A DNA stretch of 63,878 nucleotides, counting the filler, from Choristocarpus tenellus KU-1152 (lineage: Eukaryota > Protista > Phaeophyceae), in the NCBI GenBank assembly GCA_964200185.2. It is 9 parts of 9 records of this genome, joined end to end, with 100 filler letters (N's around TTAATTAATTAA, not from the genome) between each part and the next. Parts side by side here need not be neighbours in the genome. Positions count along the whole stretch, not along the records: positions 49,726 to 56,826 come from CAXNAD020006698.1; positions 56,927 to 60,217 come from CAXNAD020020993.1; positions 60,318 to 63,878 come from CAXNAD020019257.1; 6 more parts are not named here. One strand, given 5' to 3'. Position numbers and translations under genes: made by a program. Below the pieces are notes generated by a model that made no database searches, was not told where the DNA came from, and saw nothing but the letters and a program-made list of their open reading frames with translations. Below, piece after piece: positions 50,483-60,960 of this stretch (positions are counted from its first letter, which is position 1; every line of letters begins with the position of its first letter).

Positions 50483-53326
50483 CTTTGAGGGAATGACACA
50501 TCTTCCTCATCTCGCAGACGCCTTCCATCATTTTTCCCATTCTGGCCCTTGCCACCTCGCCCTCCACTCCCATGGCCTACAGCACTGTTCCCTCCCCCAC
50601 CCCCCACCCCCCAGGTGTTGCCACTGTTGTTGGCAAGATTCATCTGGCGATTCAGTCCCAGTATTCCACTATCATCCATCTCCTGGAAAGACATAGAGGG
50701 TAGGGTTAGGGTGAAACTGTCTACTGTTGAAGAGAGGTGTGTCATTGAGTTTAAAGGGCCCTTTTTGGTTCAGATCTTGTTTGTTTACACTTTTACTTAA
50801 TTTTTCTGTACCGTTACTGTTGTTCTGGCACACCCTCCCTCTCAAGGTAAAGATGGATTAACTTATTCTCATTGGACAAAGGTATGGTGTACATTGGACA
50901 AACTTCACAAAGGCCTCTTGAAAAGACCTAACCCTAACCTCAAACCCTCTTTGATGTATGTACTCTTAATGAAGTATAGGTAGGGAGCAAAACTCAAGGT
51001 GCGTGTGTGCCTGTGCTTGTGTATTGAGTGGGAGGGTACTGTTGTGGTGGTTTGATAGATGAGACACACTGTCAGGCATCAGAGATTTCCAATAAATTTC
51101 ACGGAAAAAGATTGAAGAGTAAAAAAATACACAAGAACAGACTAAAAAATGACAAATATAATTCACCCATCCCATTGAAACAAATACTCACAGAACATAA
51201 TTGCGTCACCACTGTATCATTTACATTCAAAATTCATACAAAATTAAAAAACTAACTGAGAACCAGCAAAATCATCATTCCCAAGAAATTTCTCTAACAA
51301 AAGAAACTTCTTCTACGCATACTCTTCAACAACAACAAAAATTGTACCGGCCACTGTGCTATGACCTGATTCATCACACACAAATCAGTGCCAACCCTAA
51401 CCCTAACCCTAACCCTAACCTGCAATGCCTCACCCTCAAAATCCACCACAGCGATGTAAGCCAAAGACCTCACCCACTCAACACCACTTCAATTAATCAC
51501 AACAACCAAACAACTCAACCATTTTTTTCTTAATTATTATTATTTTTTTACTATTCAGTTGTTACTGTTTTCTTTTCACTTCTGAAAGAGTCACATCATC
51601 GCTCACAAGCAGAGCATCTCCCAATAGTGACACAATATGACATCACTACGAACACCCCACAACTAACCCACTGCTACATCGCACTCTTCATAGCTTCCGA
51701 CCAGACCTACCTACTGAGAGATCAGCACGGAGAGACAGGTAGGTCTTAGGGTTAGGGTCTGAGGAGGGCTCGAAAAAAAAAAATTCCCCTTGGTTCAACT
51801 CACCACTCGTCAACCTGCGTGCGTTTCGCTTGTAATACTCACCGCTCGTGCGTCTACAATGGTTCGATACTATCCAATTCTCAATCAAATCAAACATTTT
51901 TTTTTGTTTTGTGTCTATTTTGATGTAACCGAACTCGGTCGGACAATATTTTCGGTTCACAATCTTATAAAAATAAATAATAATAATAATAATAATAAAC
52001 ATCTCCCACAATACCAGCTGTTATTACATGTGATGTGAGTGAGGTCATCCCTGGAGTACAGTCGGAACAGAAAGTGTCATTATTAATCATAGATAGTTAA
52101 TGGCTAATTCTTGTTGAGACAGTGATGGCACTAGAAGATCAGAGCGGAGGCAGTGGAATAACCCCAAAAATGATAGGGGGCCACTTCTCTGAACTGTAAC
52201 CCTAAGAACAACCAGCATCATTTGAACATTTGAACAGCCTTACAAGGAACTATCTACAGCAATCAACAAGGCCCATTCCATACTAAGAGCATTGATGTTA
52301 GTCTCACCAATAAGGGATAGAATTAGAGTGGGTGGATACACTATGTGGAACAGACAGATAATTGAATGGATGGATGGATGGATGGATGGATGGATATTTC
52401 ATTTGCAATTAAAAAACCTTGATAATTTTTTGTCCAATTCAATGACATTAACACAAAAACAAATAAAATAAAATAAATTACATATAAAACTCAAGAGTCA
52501 GTCAGACAGACAAACGTATGAACAGATGGATGGATGGATGGATGATTAGATCGACTAAGGAGAGGAAGGTGCCCACATGGCAACACACAAACACATCCGC
52601 ACCCGCCAACACGCAATATACAAACTCCTATCAACATACACACACATAAACTCTTACATGTGGAGACTGAATAGACACCAGGAAAACCACATCATGTTCC
52701 CTTAGTTGATCCCACTCTGCCCTGATATGTGGTCGATCAAAGTGAGCCATGTTAAGACTCACTTCCGCCACAACCTGGGTACAACAACAGTTACAAAAAT
52801 AGTTACAACAACAGTTACAACAGTTACAACAACAGCTACAACAAAATAGTTACAACAACAGTTACAACAATAGTTACAACAATAGTTACAACAGTTACAT
52901 CACAAACAATTCATTGGTAAGGCCAGAGGGGGTGTCCACAACACAGTTGGCAGAACTTGTTGCTGGGAGGGGTGGGAGGGGAAGGGAAGTGAAGGGTTAG
53001 GGAGTCACTCTGCACACATGAACCAAAAAGGATAGTGTGTGTTCAAAAACCTGACTACGATTCTCGCAAAAATTTTAAACTAAAATAAATAAGATTGTTG
53101 TCTTCCTTTTCGGTCTAACAAAGGGGAACACATTTGTTTGATAAAAATTTCATTCATACTACAAAAAAAATACACTTTACATTGCTGTCGGGTGAAAAAG
53201 AAAACAATATTCTCACCAATAACCCTAACCCTAAACCCTAAACCCAACCCCAACCCAAGGCATACGCACAATGCAAGGGTGTATGCAAATGCTTGTGAAT
53301 ATGTGTATGCAAATGCTTGTGAATAT

Positions 53327-53366
<40 letters not shown>

Positions 53367-56300
53367 ATGCATATGTCTAAACCTACATAAACCAGTGCAA
53401 CCCTAACCCTAATCACCACATCCCGTGCTACAGAAACCAAGCACACACACACACATTAGTTGTACACAAACACACACACACATTAGTTGTACACACACAC
53501 ACACACACACAAACAAACAAACAAACAAACACACACACACACACACAAGGTAAAGAGGGGTGCATGTGTACACAGTCAATGCCATGGACAAACTTAATGA
53601 CAAACTTAACAACATACCTCTGCCGGGACCTTCTCTCCCAGGTTTGGTTCCTTAACCTCCACTATTGAGATTCCACCTATAGGCGTTGCCATCCTTGCCC
53701 AACCCTGAAACCTTGTGGCCCCGCCGGCTGCGGGGTCCCTTCTGGGGTTTGCACGCCGGATGGCGTCTACGAGGTCTTCTCTGATCTCATAGGCTGACTC
53801 CAGTCGAAAGAGATTAAAGCTCCTGATTTGATCACATTTTGATCACATTTTGATCACATTGCCCATGCAATTGGAGTGAAATAGGGCTAGGGTTAGGGTT
53901 AGCCTGGAACAAGGACGAGCAGCAGTCAATGACTGGAAGAATCTCTTTGAGAGAGCATGGAGAGAAGCTCCTCCAGAGGAGAGAAATACGCTCAGGGATA
54001 CGACGACCTACCATGGAAAATAAAAAGAGAAATGCTGATTGTGACAGTTACACACTTTCACAGTACAGTTACCACTTAAAATAAAAATAATGGTACGGTA
54101 ATATGTAATCTATACTAAACCTACTGTGTCAGGGGGTTGGGGATGTGGGGTTAGCACCATGGATCATAAAAACAATAAATAACAAAAACACAAAAGCAAA
54201 GAGCAATGCCTGCAAGAAAGAATCAAAAACAGATCCGATGCAACACCGTAAAAGGCCAAAAAAATATATATATATATATTGCATATTAATTCTTCTTCAC
54301 CCTCCCTAGGACTGAGCAGGACTCCCTAAATGAAAAAAGAACACTCCACTAGAACCTCCACCTCCACCTCCTTCATCTTACCCCAACAACTAATAGGTCA
54401 TTGACAGAGAGAGAGAGAGATATACCATCTCCATTAAATAGTCTTATCAATACAGCGAGAGACCGATAGCCTTAGGGTTAGGGTTAGGGTTAGGGTTAGT
54501 ACAATACAGAACAATCCTCTCCCCTCACCTGAGAAGGTAGTCGTGGGGTGTGAGGAACTGCAGATTTAGCTTGGGTAGGGCCATAACCTTCCCGCTGTAG
54601 AACTGACCAAGGGGAACAAGGTTCTCATCCCAAAGTAACGCCTCATTGGGGTATAGAGGCAATTCATTCACCTTTTTCATTTTTAAATCAAACATCGCTC
54701 AACATTAGATGGATGGATGGATGGATGGATGGATGTAGAGTATTATCAATCCTCACACAGTAGTATTGTGCATAGAAGGGTCTTTCATACCGTACCACTC
54801 AGGACACTATAAATTAAAGCATTATCTGAACTCACTATAAATTAAAGCATTATCTGAACTCACTATAAACTAAAGTAAAGCATTATCTGAACTCACTATA
54901 AATTAAAGCAATATCTGAACTCATTTTGAGGGTGCACTGTAGAGGCAAGGCATTCTACCAATAGTAGACATGACGTACAGATAGCGTAAGAAAATGGAAA
55001 TTCAAAAAGAGGTACAAACAAACAAAAAAAAAAACGGGAATTTTTTACTAGAGTCCTAACCCTGAGTTGACTCAAAGGTCAACAAATGAATTAGATATAA
55101 AACACAAAATATCAGACACTACTCCCCCCCCCCAACCTCCTCCCCAACCCCCCACCCCACATACCCCAAGCACACTACCCACAACATACCCCCCAACCTT
55201 AACCCTAACCCTAGTTCATACTTGCTGCAGCTGACTGTCCCTCTCTGAGAAGTGATTGAGCAGCACTTCCAGCAAGAACGCCTTATTGTTGGAAAGTTCC
55301 CTCAAGCACAAGGCAGAGCCAAACACTGCCGACACAATACCTGCCAGGTGTTCAGAGGCGAGAGGTAACCAACGCCTCCAAGGTGAAAAGAGCCCTAGGA
55401 CAGGCATTGATACAATGGGGAAGCAGAGGGGAACAACAGACAACGGAGTCCAAACCACACTTCCCCTGTGCATACACCCACAACAAGGATGGTCACAACT
55501 ACCACAAGAATTAATAGGATGGTACTCAGTTCTATTCAATCAACGTACCTCTGAAGAGGGTTTCGTTGGTGTGAGATACATGGCCAAAAGGGAGGTGATG
55601 CAACACAAGCACCAGAAACAATTTGTGAGACAGTATAGTACACTATATAGCTAGAGCAGTTCAACAGCAACCACTGCTAACTCATCTATAAACACACTAG
55701 AGCTCAAAAAAAAAAGCTTACAGCTACAGATACAGTCAAAGCATAAATTGGTCTTGGACAGAATGGGGGCTCTTCCTTCATTTTGAAATAAACCGGGAAA
55801 AGTCTAAGGCCCTCCAAAAACAAAAGAAAAAACATGCATATCTTCAAATCAGAATCCTTTCGTCTTCCTTCCTTTATATCTATTTATATATATATATATA
55901 TATTTATTTATATTTATATACACACACTTCGATTTCTTATCCCAAAACTTCCCCCACCCCATAAAAAATAAAAATATTTACACAAAAACACTCGATGAAA
56001 GTATTCACAAAAAAAAAAAGGAGTCATCCCCCTCATAAAACAATTTTGGTCAGAAAGCAGACCTCATCAGCACTACATACAACAAAAACAATCACTTCTC
56101 CCCACAGCCCCAACATAACACAACACAACACACATACACACAAGACACAAGCCCCCCCTTGAGTAACAGGTATACTAATACCATGCTCATTGGCACCATG
56201 TTCATCATCCCCCTGAACCAGCCCCATCCGTTGGGCCAAGTCCTTCAAAGTCTCCACAGGAAGGCGTCCGAGAGCAGACTTGAGGAAATCCCGCTATTGA

Positions 56301-56787
56301 ACAGCAGCCCAAAACATTGGCAGGTGGCATCACGTAAGAAAAAATAGGAGGGGAAAAAAGAGGCACAAATTTGAGACAAGGGGGGGGNNNNNNNNNNAGC
56401 AGCCAAAACAAGTGAGGGGGGAAACAAAAAAAAAAAAAAGGGGGGGGAAAAAAGAAGGCAAAAATGGAGGAAAGGGGGGGGGGGGGGATTGGACACAGTA
56501 ATAGAAACCTATTTCCATAGAGGCTAGAAGGTTATGCGAGCGCTTCACCAAGAGGTTTTCCCAGAAATACCGCAGGCCTCGCTGCTTCTCCTAAAAATTC
56601 AAATACACAAATACACAAGCGCACACACCTTCCCTGCAGCAAGGGAACTAGCAAATGGTAGGTCCGGCATTTGTTGAGCGAAGTGCTTGAATGCCACCTT
56701 CTGCAGAGAGTGGACCCTCCCATGATGCCGTTCCATCATCTCCTTGTCAGAGAGAGGGTGGCCTGTCTGATCATTGATCTCAAAGCC
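50483..56787 (-). CDS. AQR: Intron-binding spliceosomal RNA helicase Aquarius, internal part; exons 56787-56629, 56293-about 56180, about 55330-55222, 54671-54529, 53822-53618, 52774-52658, 50682-50483
   Basis: [21 protein letters not shown]; [71 protein letters not shown]; FQGWARMA; [13 protein letters not shown] are AQR N-terminal signatures; both gene ends lie outside the contig. Confidence 0.96.
52781..52899. repeat. (ACAACAGTT/ACAATAGTT)-type minisatellite immediately upstream of an AQR 3' splice site
   Basis: Repeated GTTACAACA units ending a few nt from the acceptor at 52775-52777. Confidence 0.85.
54805..54921. repeat. 28-bp tandem repeat x4 (CACTATAAATTAAAGCATTATCTGAACT)
   Basis: Four direct copies, one with a 5-bp insertion, in an AQR intron. 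Confidence 0.92.
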
Positions 56788-57163
56788 CTGTACACCACAG
56801 CATAGGATTGGGGGGGGGGGGGGGGGNNNNNNNNNNNNNNNNNNNNNNNNNNNNNNNNNNNNNNNNNNNNTTAATTAATTAANNNNNNNNNNNNNNNNNN
56901 NNNNNNNNNNNNNNNNNNNNNNNNNNACATTCTTGTCCTGTGCCCCCAGCCAACCAGAATTCTACCGCCCACAAAACTCGGTTTACTTCATAAACTCTTA
57001 CATTTCTACTTATCCGATTTGAACGAGAATTGAAAGGGTTACGGTCATATACCTTCCATCTATACTAATGACGAATGAGGTACTTCCAACTCCAAGAATG
57101 CTAGGAGATGATTGATGGATAATTTCAATCACCTCAAGCAGTCAGAAAAAAGCAGCAAAAAAG

Positions 57164-57301
57164 CAGCAAAAAAGCAGCAAACCTCTAGTATCAACAACAC
57201 CATTCGACAGCGAGAGAGCTTTTCAGACAGGAACCAGCAAAAAAGCAGCAAACCCCTAGTATCAACAACACCATTCGACAGCGAGAGAGCTTTTCAGGAA
57301 C
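57164..57301 (+). repeat. 71-bp tandem duplication upstream of the EsV-1-7 gene start
   Basis: CAGCAAAAAAGCAGCAAACC(T/C)CTAGTATCAACAACACCATTCGACAGCGAGAGAGCTTTTCAG twice. Confidence 0.92.
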
Positions 57302-57318
57302 CTGTGCCTTGGGCCAGG

Positions 57319-60217
57319 ATGGGCGATAAAAATGCGGATGGAAGCACAAGGTAGCCTGTAGATTTTTCACACGTGTCCACATCAACACTTGTAACTATTG
57401 ACGCCCTCATATCTCAATCATCTCTCGAGTGATCACCCCCCACCATTTTGGACCTCTTCACTTTCGTGCTTACGCTACATGCTAAACTACCTCTCGCCTC
57501 AGTTTTGCTGGACATGCCCCCTCTTGACATCGATCCCGACACAATGTACCTCCCCTTGTTACAACCCATTTATCACAGGTATGTCGATTCGTTGCAGCAC
57601 TCGAGTGAGAATGATCCGCAAAGGAAATCTATGGGGTCCTCACAGCTCACACCCCCGTCTATGCCGACAACGTCGCAAGCCATCCCCACTATTTTGAAAG
57701 AAAAGAGAGTTGATATCGAAGAGGAGGGGACTGGTTCTATTGTTGTACCATGGGTCGCGTCTTCAGCAGAGAAAGGGACAGGGACTTCCAGACAAGAAAG
57801 GTGGCGGCAAGACCACCTAGAGTCAGTTCGATCAGGAGAAGCGGACGAACCAGTCCGCAGAGATTCTTCCGAAGTCATCCAAGCAAAGGAGCTCACAACA
57901 CATCAAGAGAGATCTCCGGATAATGTGGTGAGCAAGGACCCAAGAGACGGGCCGGCATTAGAAGGGGCCAATACCAACGGTAGTGCCATCAAGTCGAAGC
58001 CTGAGACAGGGGGTCATTTGTGTGCTCTGGAGGAAAGCATGGGGAGGAATGCCGATGTCCCTAAGTCCCAAGGTCGGATAGTCGGTAACCAATTGGAGCC
58101 TCGGTCACCGAGTATTGACCTTCCATCTTTCGCGGGGGTGGCAACCCCCAAAATATCAGGTAGCCAAGACATACCAGCCATGATGTGGTCCGCAGGTGGA
58201 ACATTCAACGGGAGTCCTGGGCAAGACCGTGTGTCCCCTGGTCACCGGGAACAGGCGCTTCCGCAAACTTTGTTCCCTTCTGTACCTCAATCCCAGACAA
58301 ATAGTGACCCCACCCCAACAGGCCTAGCGGTGCTGTCAGCATCAGCCTCGGGGATGCCAGTCATTGCCTCAACTGAAGGAATGCCTGTTGCGCCAGCATC
58401 AGCTGCTACGGATATTGTTGTAGCTGGCACAGCGATGATACGCGCGAAGAGCTGTCGCTGTGAGCATGTAAACTGCGGTAAATGGGCGGTATTTGGACTC
58501 AAGGGAGAGAAACAGGCGCGGCGCTGTGCCCGACACCGCTTGCTCGGAATGGTGGACGTCAAGAACACCAGATGCGAATACCCTGACTGCGCCACCGGCC
58601 CCACCTTTGGCTTCGAGTCGGAAAACCGCAGAAGGTGTTGCTCCATGCACAAGCTCCCTGGCATGGTGGATGTGAAGAACTCACGTTGCACGTACCAGGG
58701 ATGCATGACCCAGCCTGCCTACGCCAATGAAGGCGAAAAGAAAGGAAGGCGGTGCGCGAGGCACAAGCTCCCTGGCATGGTGGATGTCAAGCACAGCCGC
58801 TATTGCAACTCAGAAGGGTTCCGGCGCAATGCTCGGGAAGAAGTGGATGGAAGCAGGGGGGGTAATGGAAAGAGACGCAGGACAGGGGGGATGGTCCCGC
58901 TCCATCCTTCAACATTGATTGGGACTGCAATGATGCCCACAACTGCTGCTGCTGCCAAAGCTCCGGCCGTAAGAGATGTGATGGGAAGGGGTGGAAGTGA
59001 AAGGTTGGGGGGGCTAAACAAACCTCCCTTGCCACAAATGAAGGGTGAAGTGAGGGAGGAACAAGGAAAAGGTCGGAGTGAGAGTGGTATCACTAATACC
59101 TTTGAAGGATCAAGGTGTTTGGTTCCTGGACGAAATGGGACTGTTTCAAGTGCTGTTATGGATATGACTGGAGTTATGGTGCCTGAGTCAATGGGGGAAA
59201 CCAGCATATTATCCCCTTCAAAAGCAAGCAATACTCAGGACAGTACGGTCTGTGTTGTTTCTGATGGGAGTACCCCATCCATTGGATCAGTTGAGGTAGA
59301 GTCTTTTCGCCTTTCTGGCCAGAAGCAGCTGCAACAGCACCAGAATCATCAACAGATGCAACAGCAGTATCTCCAACAACAATTCCAATTGCAGCAGCAT
59401 CAGGCCTCACAAGGGCAACAAGTCCTGCAGGGTTTGGGAGTAGGTGGGATGGTAACTGGCTTCCCTCAACCCCCCACCCTCCCTAGCACACTGCCCACCA
59501 TGGCAATGCTTCATAGTCACAACCATGCCCATCTCATGGATATGCACTGCCATGTCCATCCGCACCTCAGCATCTCAGCACTCAGTGCAGCGACAGCTGC
59601 TGCCACTATTGCTGCTGTGCAACCCACTGCAGGACATCACCACCCAGGTCATTTTTTCCCTCCACAAGGGAGACCTGACCCCTTTCTTGGAGGCTATTCC
59701 CAGTGGGCTGGTGGCGCCACACCAGGGATGACACTTCCTCCATGGCTTTTGCCAACACCAGCACCTACACCTATGGGGCAAGGTGGTGCCTTGAATCAGA
59801 ACAGTGGGATTCTTCATCTAAGAGGGACTGCTGCCACTGCACAGTCTGCACAGCAACCGAATGTGCCAACATCCTTGGCACAGCAGGCAACATGTACTAG
59901 TCTTCCTCCACATCCCTTTGGTGAGCAACATGCAGCAGCAGCTGCTAGCCTGGGGTTGTTGAGTGCAAACGGGGTTGGGTCTGGGGTAATAGGAGGGGTT
60001 GGTGGGAGATTGGAGCCGTCTAATCCAGCTGCCATGCTGCTTCATCATGCAGCTGTGGCTGCTGCAGCTGCAGCAAGTGTGGGGCTGGGGGGGAATGGAG
60101 CTGGATTGGGAGGGTTTGGGGTACCCCATCCTACACCGTGGGGGGGGGGGGGGGGGTTACCCCCCCCATCCCGGACCGGAATGGGGGCTGTACCGTCATC
60201 ACCGGTGGAGTCTGTGG
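57319..60217 (+). CDS. EsV-1-7 cysteine-rich repeat protein (3 repeats, 58456-58800) with long low-complexity flanks; exons 57319-57350 and 57579->60217, 3'-truncated
   Basis: RCEHVNCGKWAVFG..CARHRLLGMVDVK / RCEYPDCATGPTFG..CSMHKLPGMVDVK / RCTYQGCMTQPAY..CARHKLPGMVDVK; phase-2 GT-AG intron links MGDKNADGSTR to the long ORF. Confidence 0.92.
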
Positions 60218-60691
60218 NNNNNNNNNNNNNNNNNNNNNNNNNNNNNNNNNNNNNNNNNNNNTTAATTAATTAANNNNNNNNNNNNNNNNNNNNNNNNNNN
60301 NNNNNNNNNNNNNNNNNGTACCTTTCCCGATTTTGGTCCAAATGGACACTCTGGTGTAGACCCCCCCCACTCCCTCAGATACTTTGGGTCACTACAGTCC
60401 ATTTTCTATATATTCCCCTTCCCCGCTTCATCATGTTCTGAACAACATTGCATCTACAAAAAAGGCACCCATAGACCTTTCCATAGCTCTTACCCTAACC
60501 TTATCTCCATTTGCTCCGAATTGTTACTTGTAGTTGCCTTTTTACTTCCTAGGTACCCTCCTAACCCTGGCATTATCCTTGAGCCCAACCCTGACCTATG
60601 CACACCTTCCTGTTTACCCGTGGAGGGTACCATTGAAGCTACCAGTAGGACAGCATCCCACAATAAAATTACCAACCTGCCCTGTTCCATT

Positions 60692-60949
60692 GAGTCAAAG
60701 TATCTTAGAGGGTGGAGCTGCGTACATTTGGGGGACAAAATCCAATGTTGTGATTTTGATGTAATTTTTGCTATTGTGTTTGCTAGGAAGTGTCAATACC
60801 CATGTTCCAGACACACCTTTTCATAACATATACACTTTGCCTACTCCTAAACATTTTGGATTAGGAAAATGTCATAAAGAACACATGGGAAGCCAAACCT
60901 CAAATGGACAAACAGGGCAAACCTCGTACCCTCTAAGATACTTTTACTC
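60692..60949. mobile_element. Class A MITE (258 bp), TSD ATT
   Basis: ATT|GAGTCAAAGTATCTTAGAGGGT...ACCCTCTAAGATACTTTTACTC|ATT. Confidence 0.92.
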
Positions 60950-60960
60950 ATTCTCATCAA

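Noticed and set aside
57448-60273. EsV-1-7 ORF as evidence of an integrated phaeovirus, or as the IMM gene itself
   Set aside because: No viral core genes nearby, a spliceosomal intron is present and the family is large in hosts; orthology cannot be assigned by eye. The ORF-track start at 57448 is probably intronic
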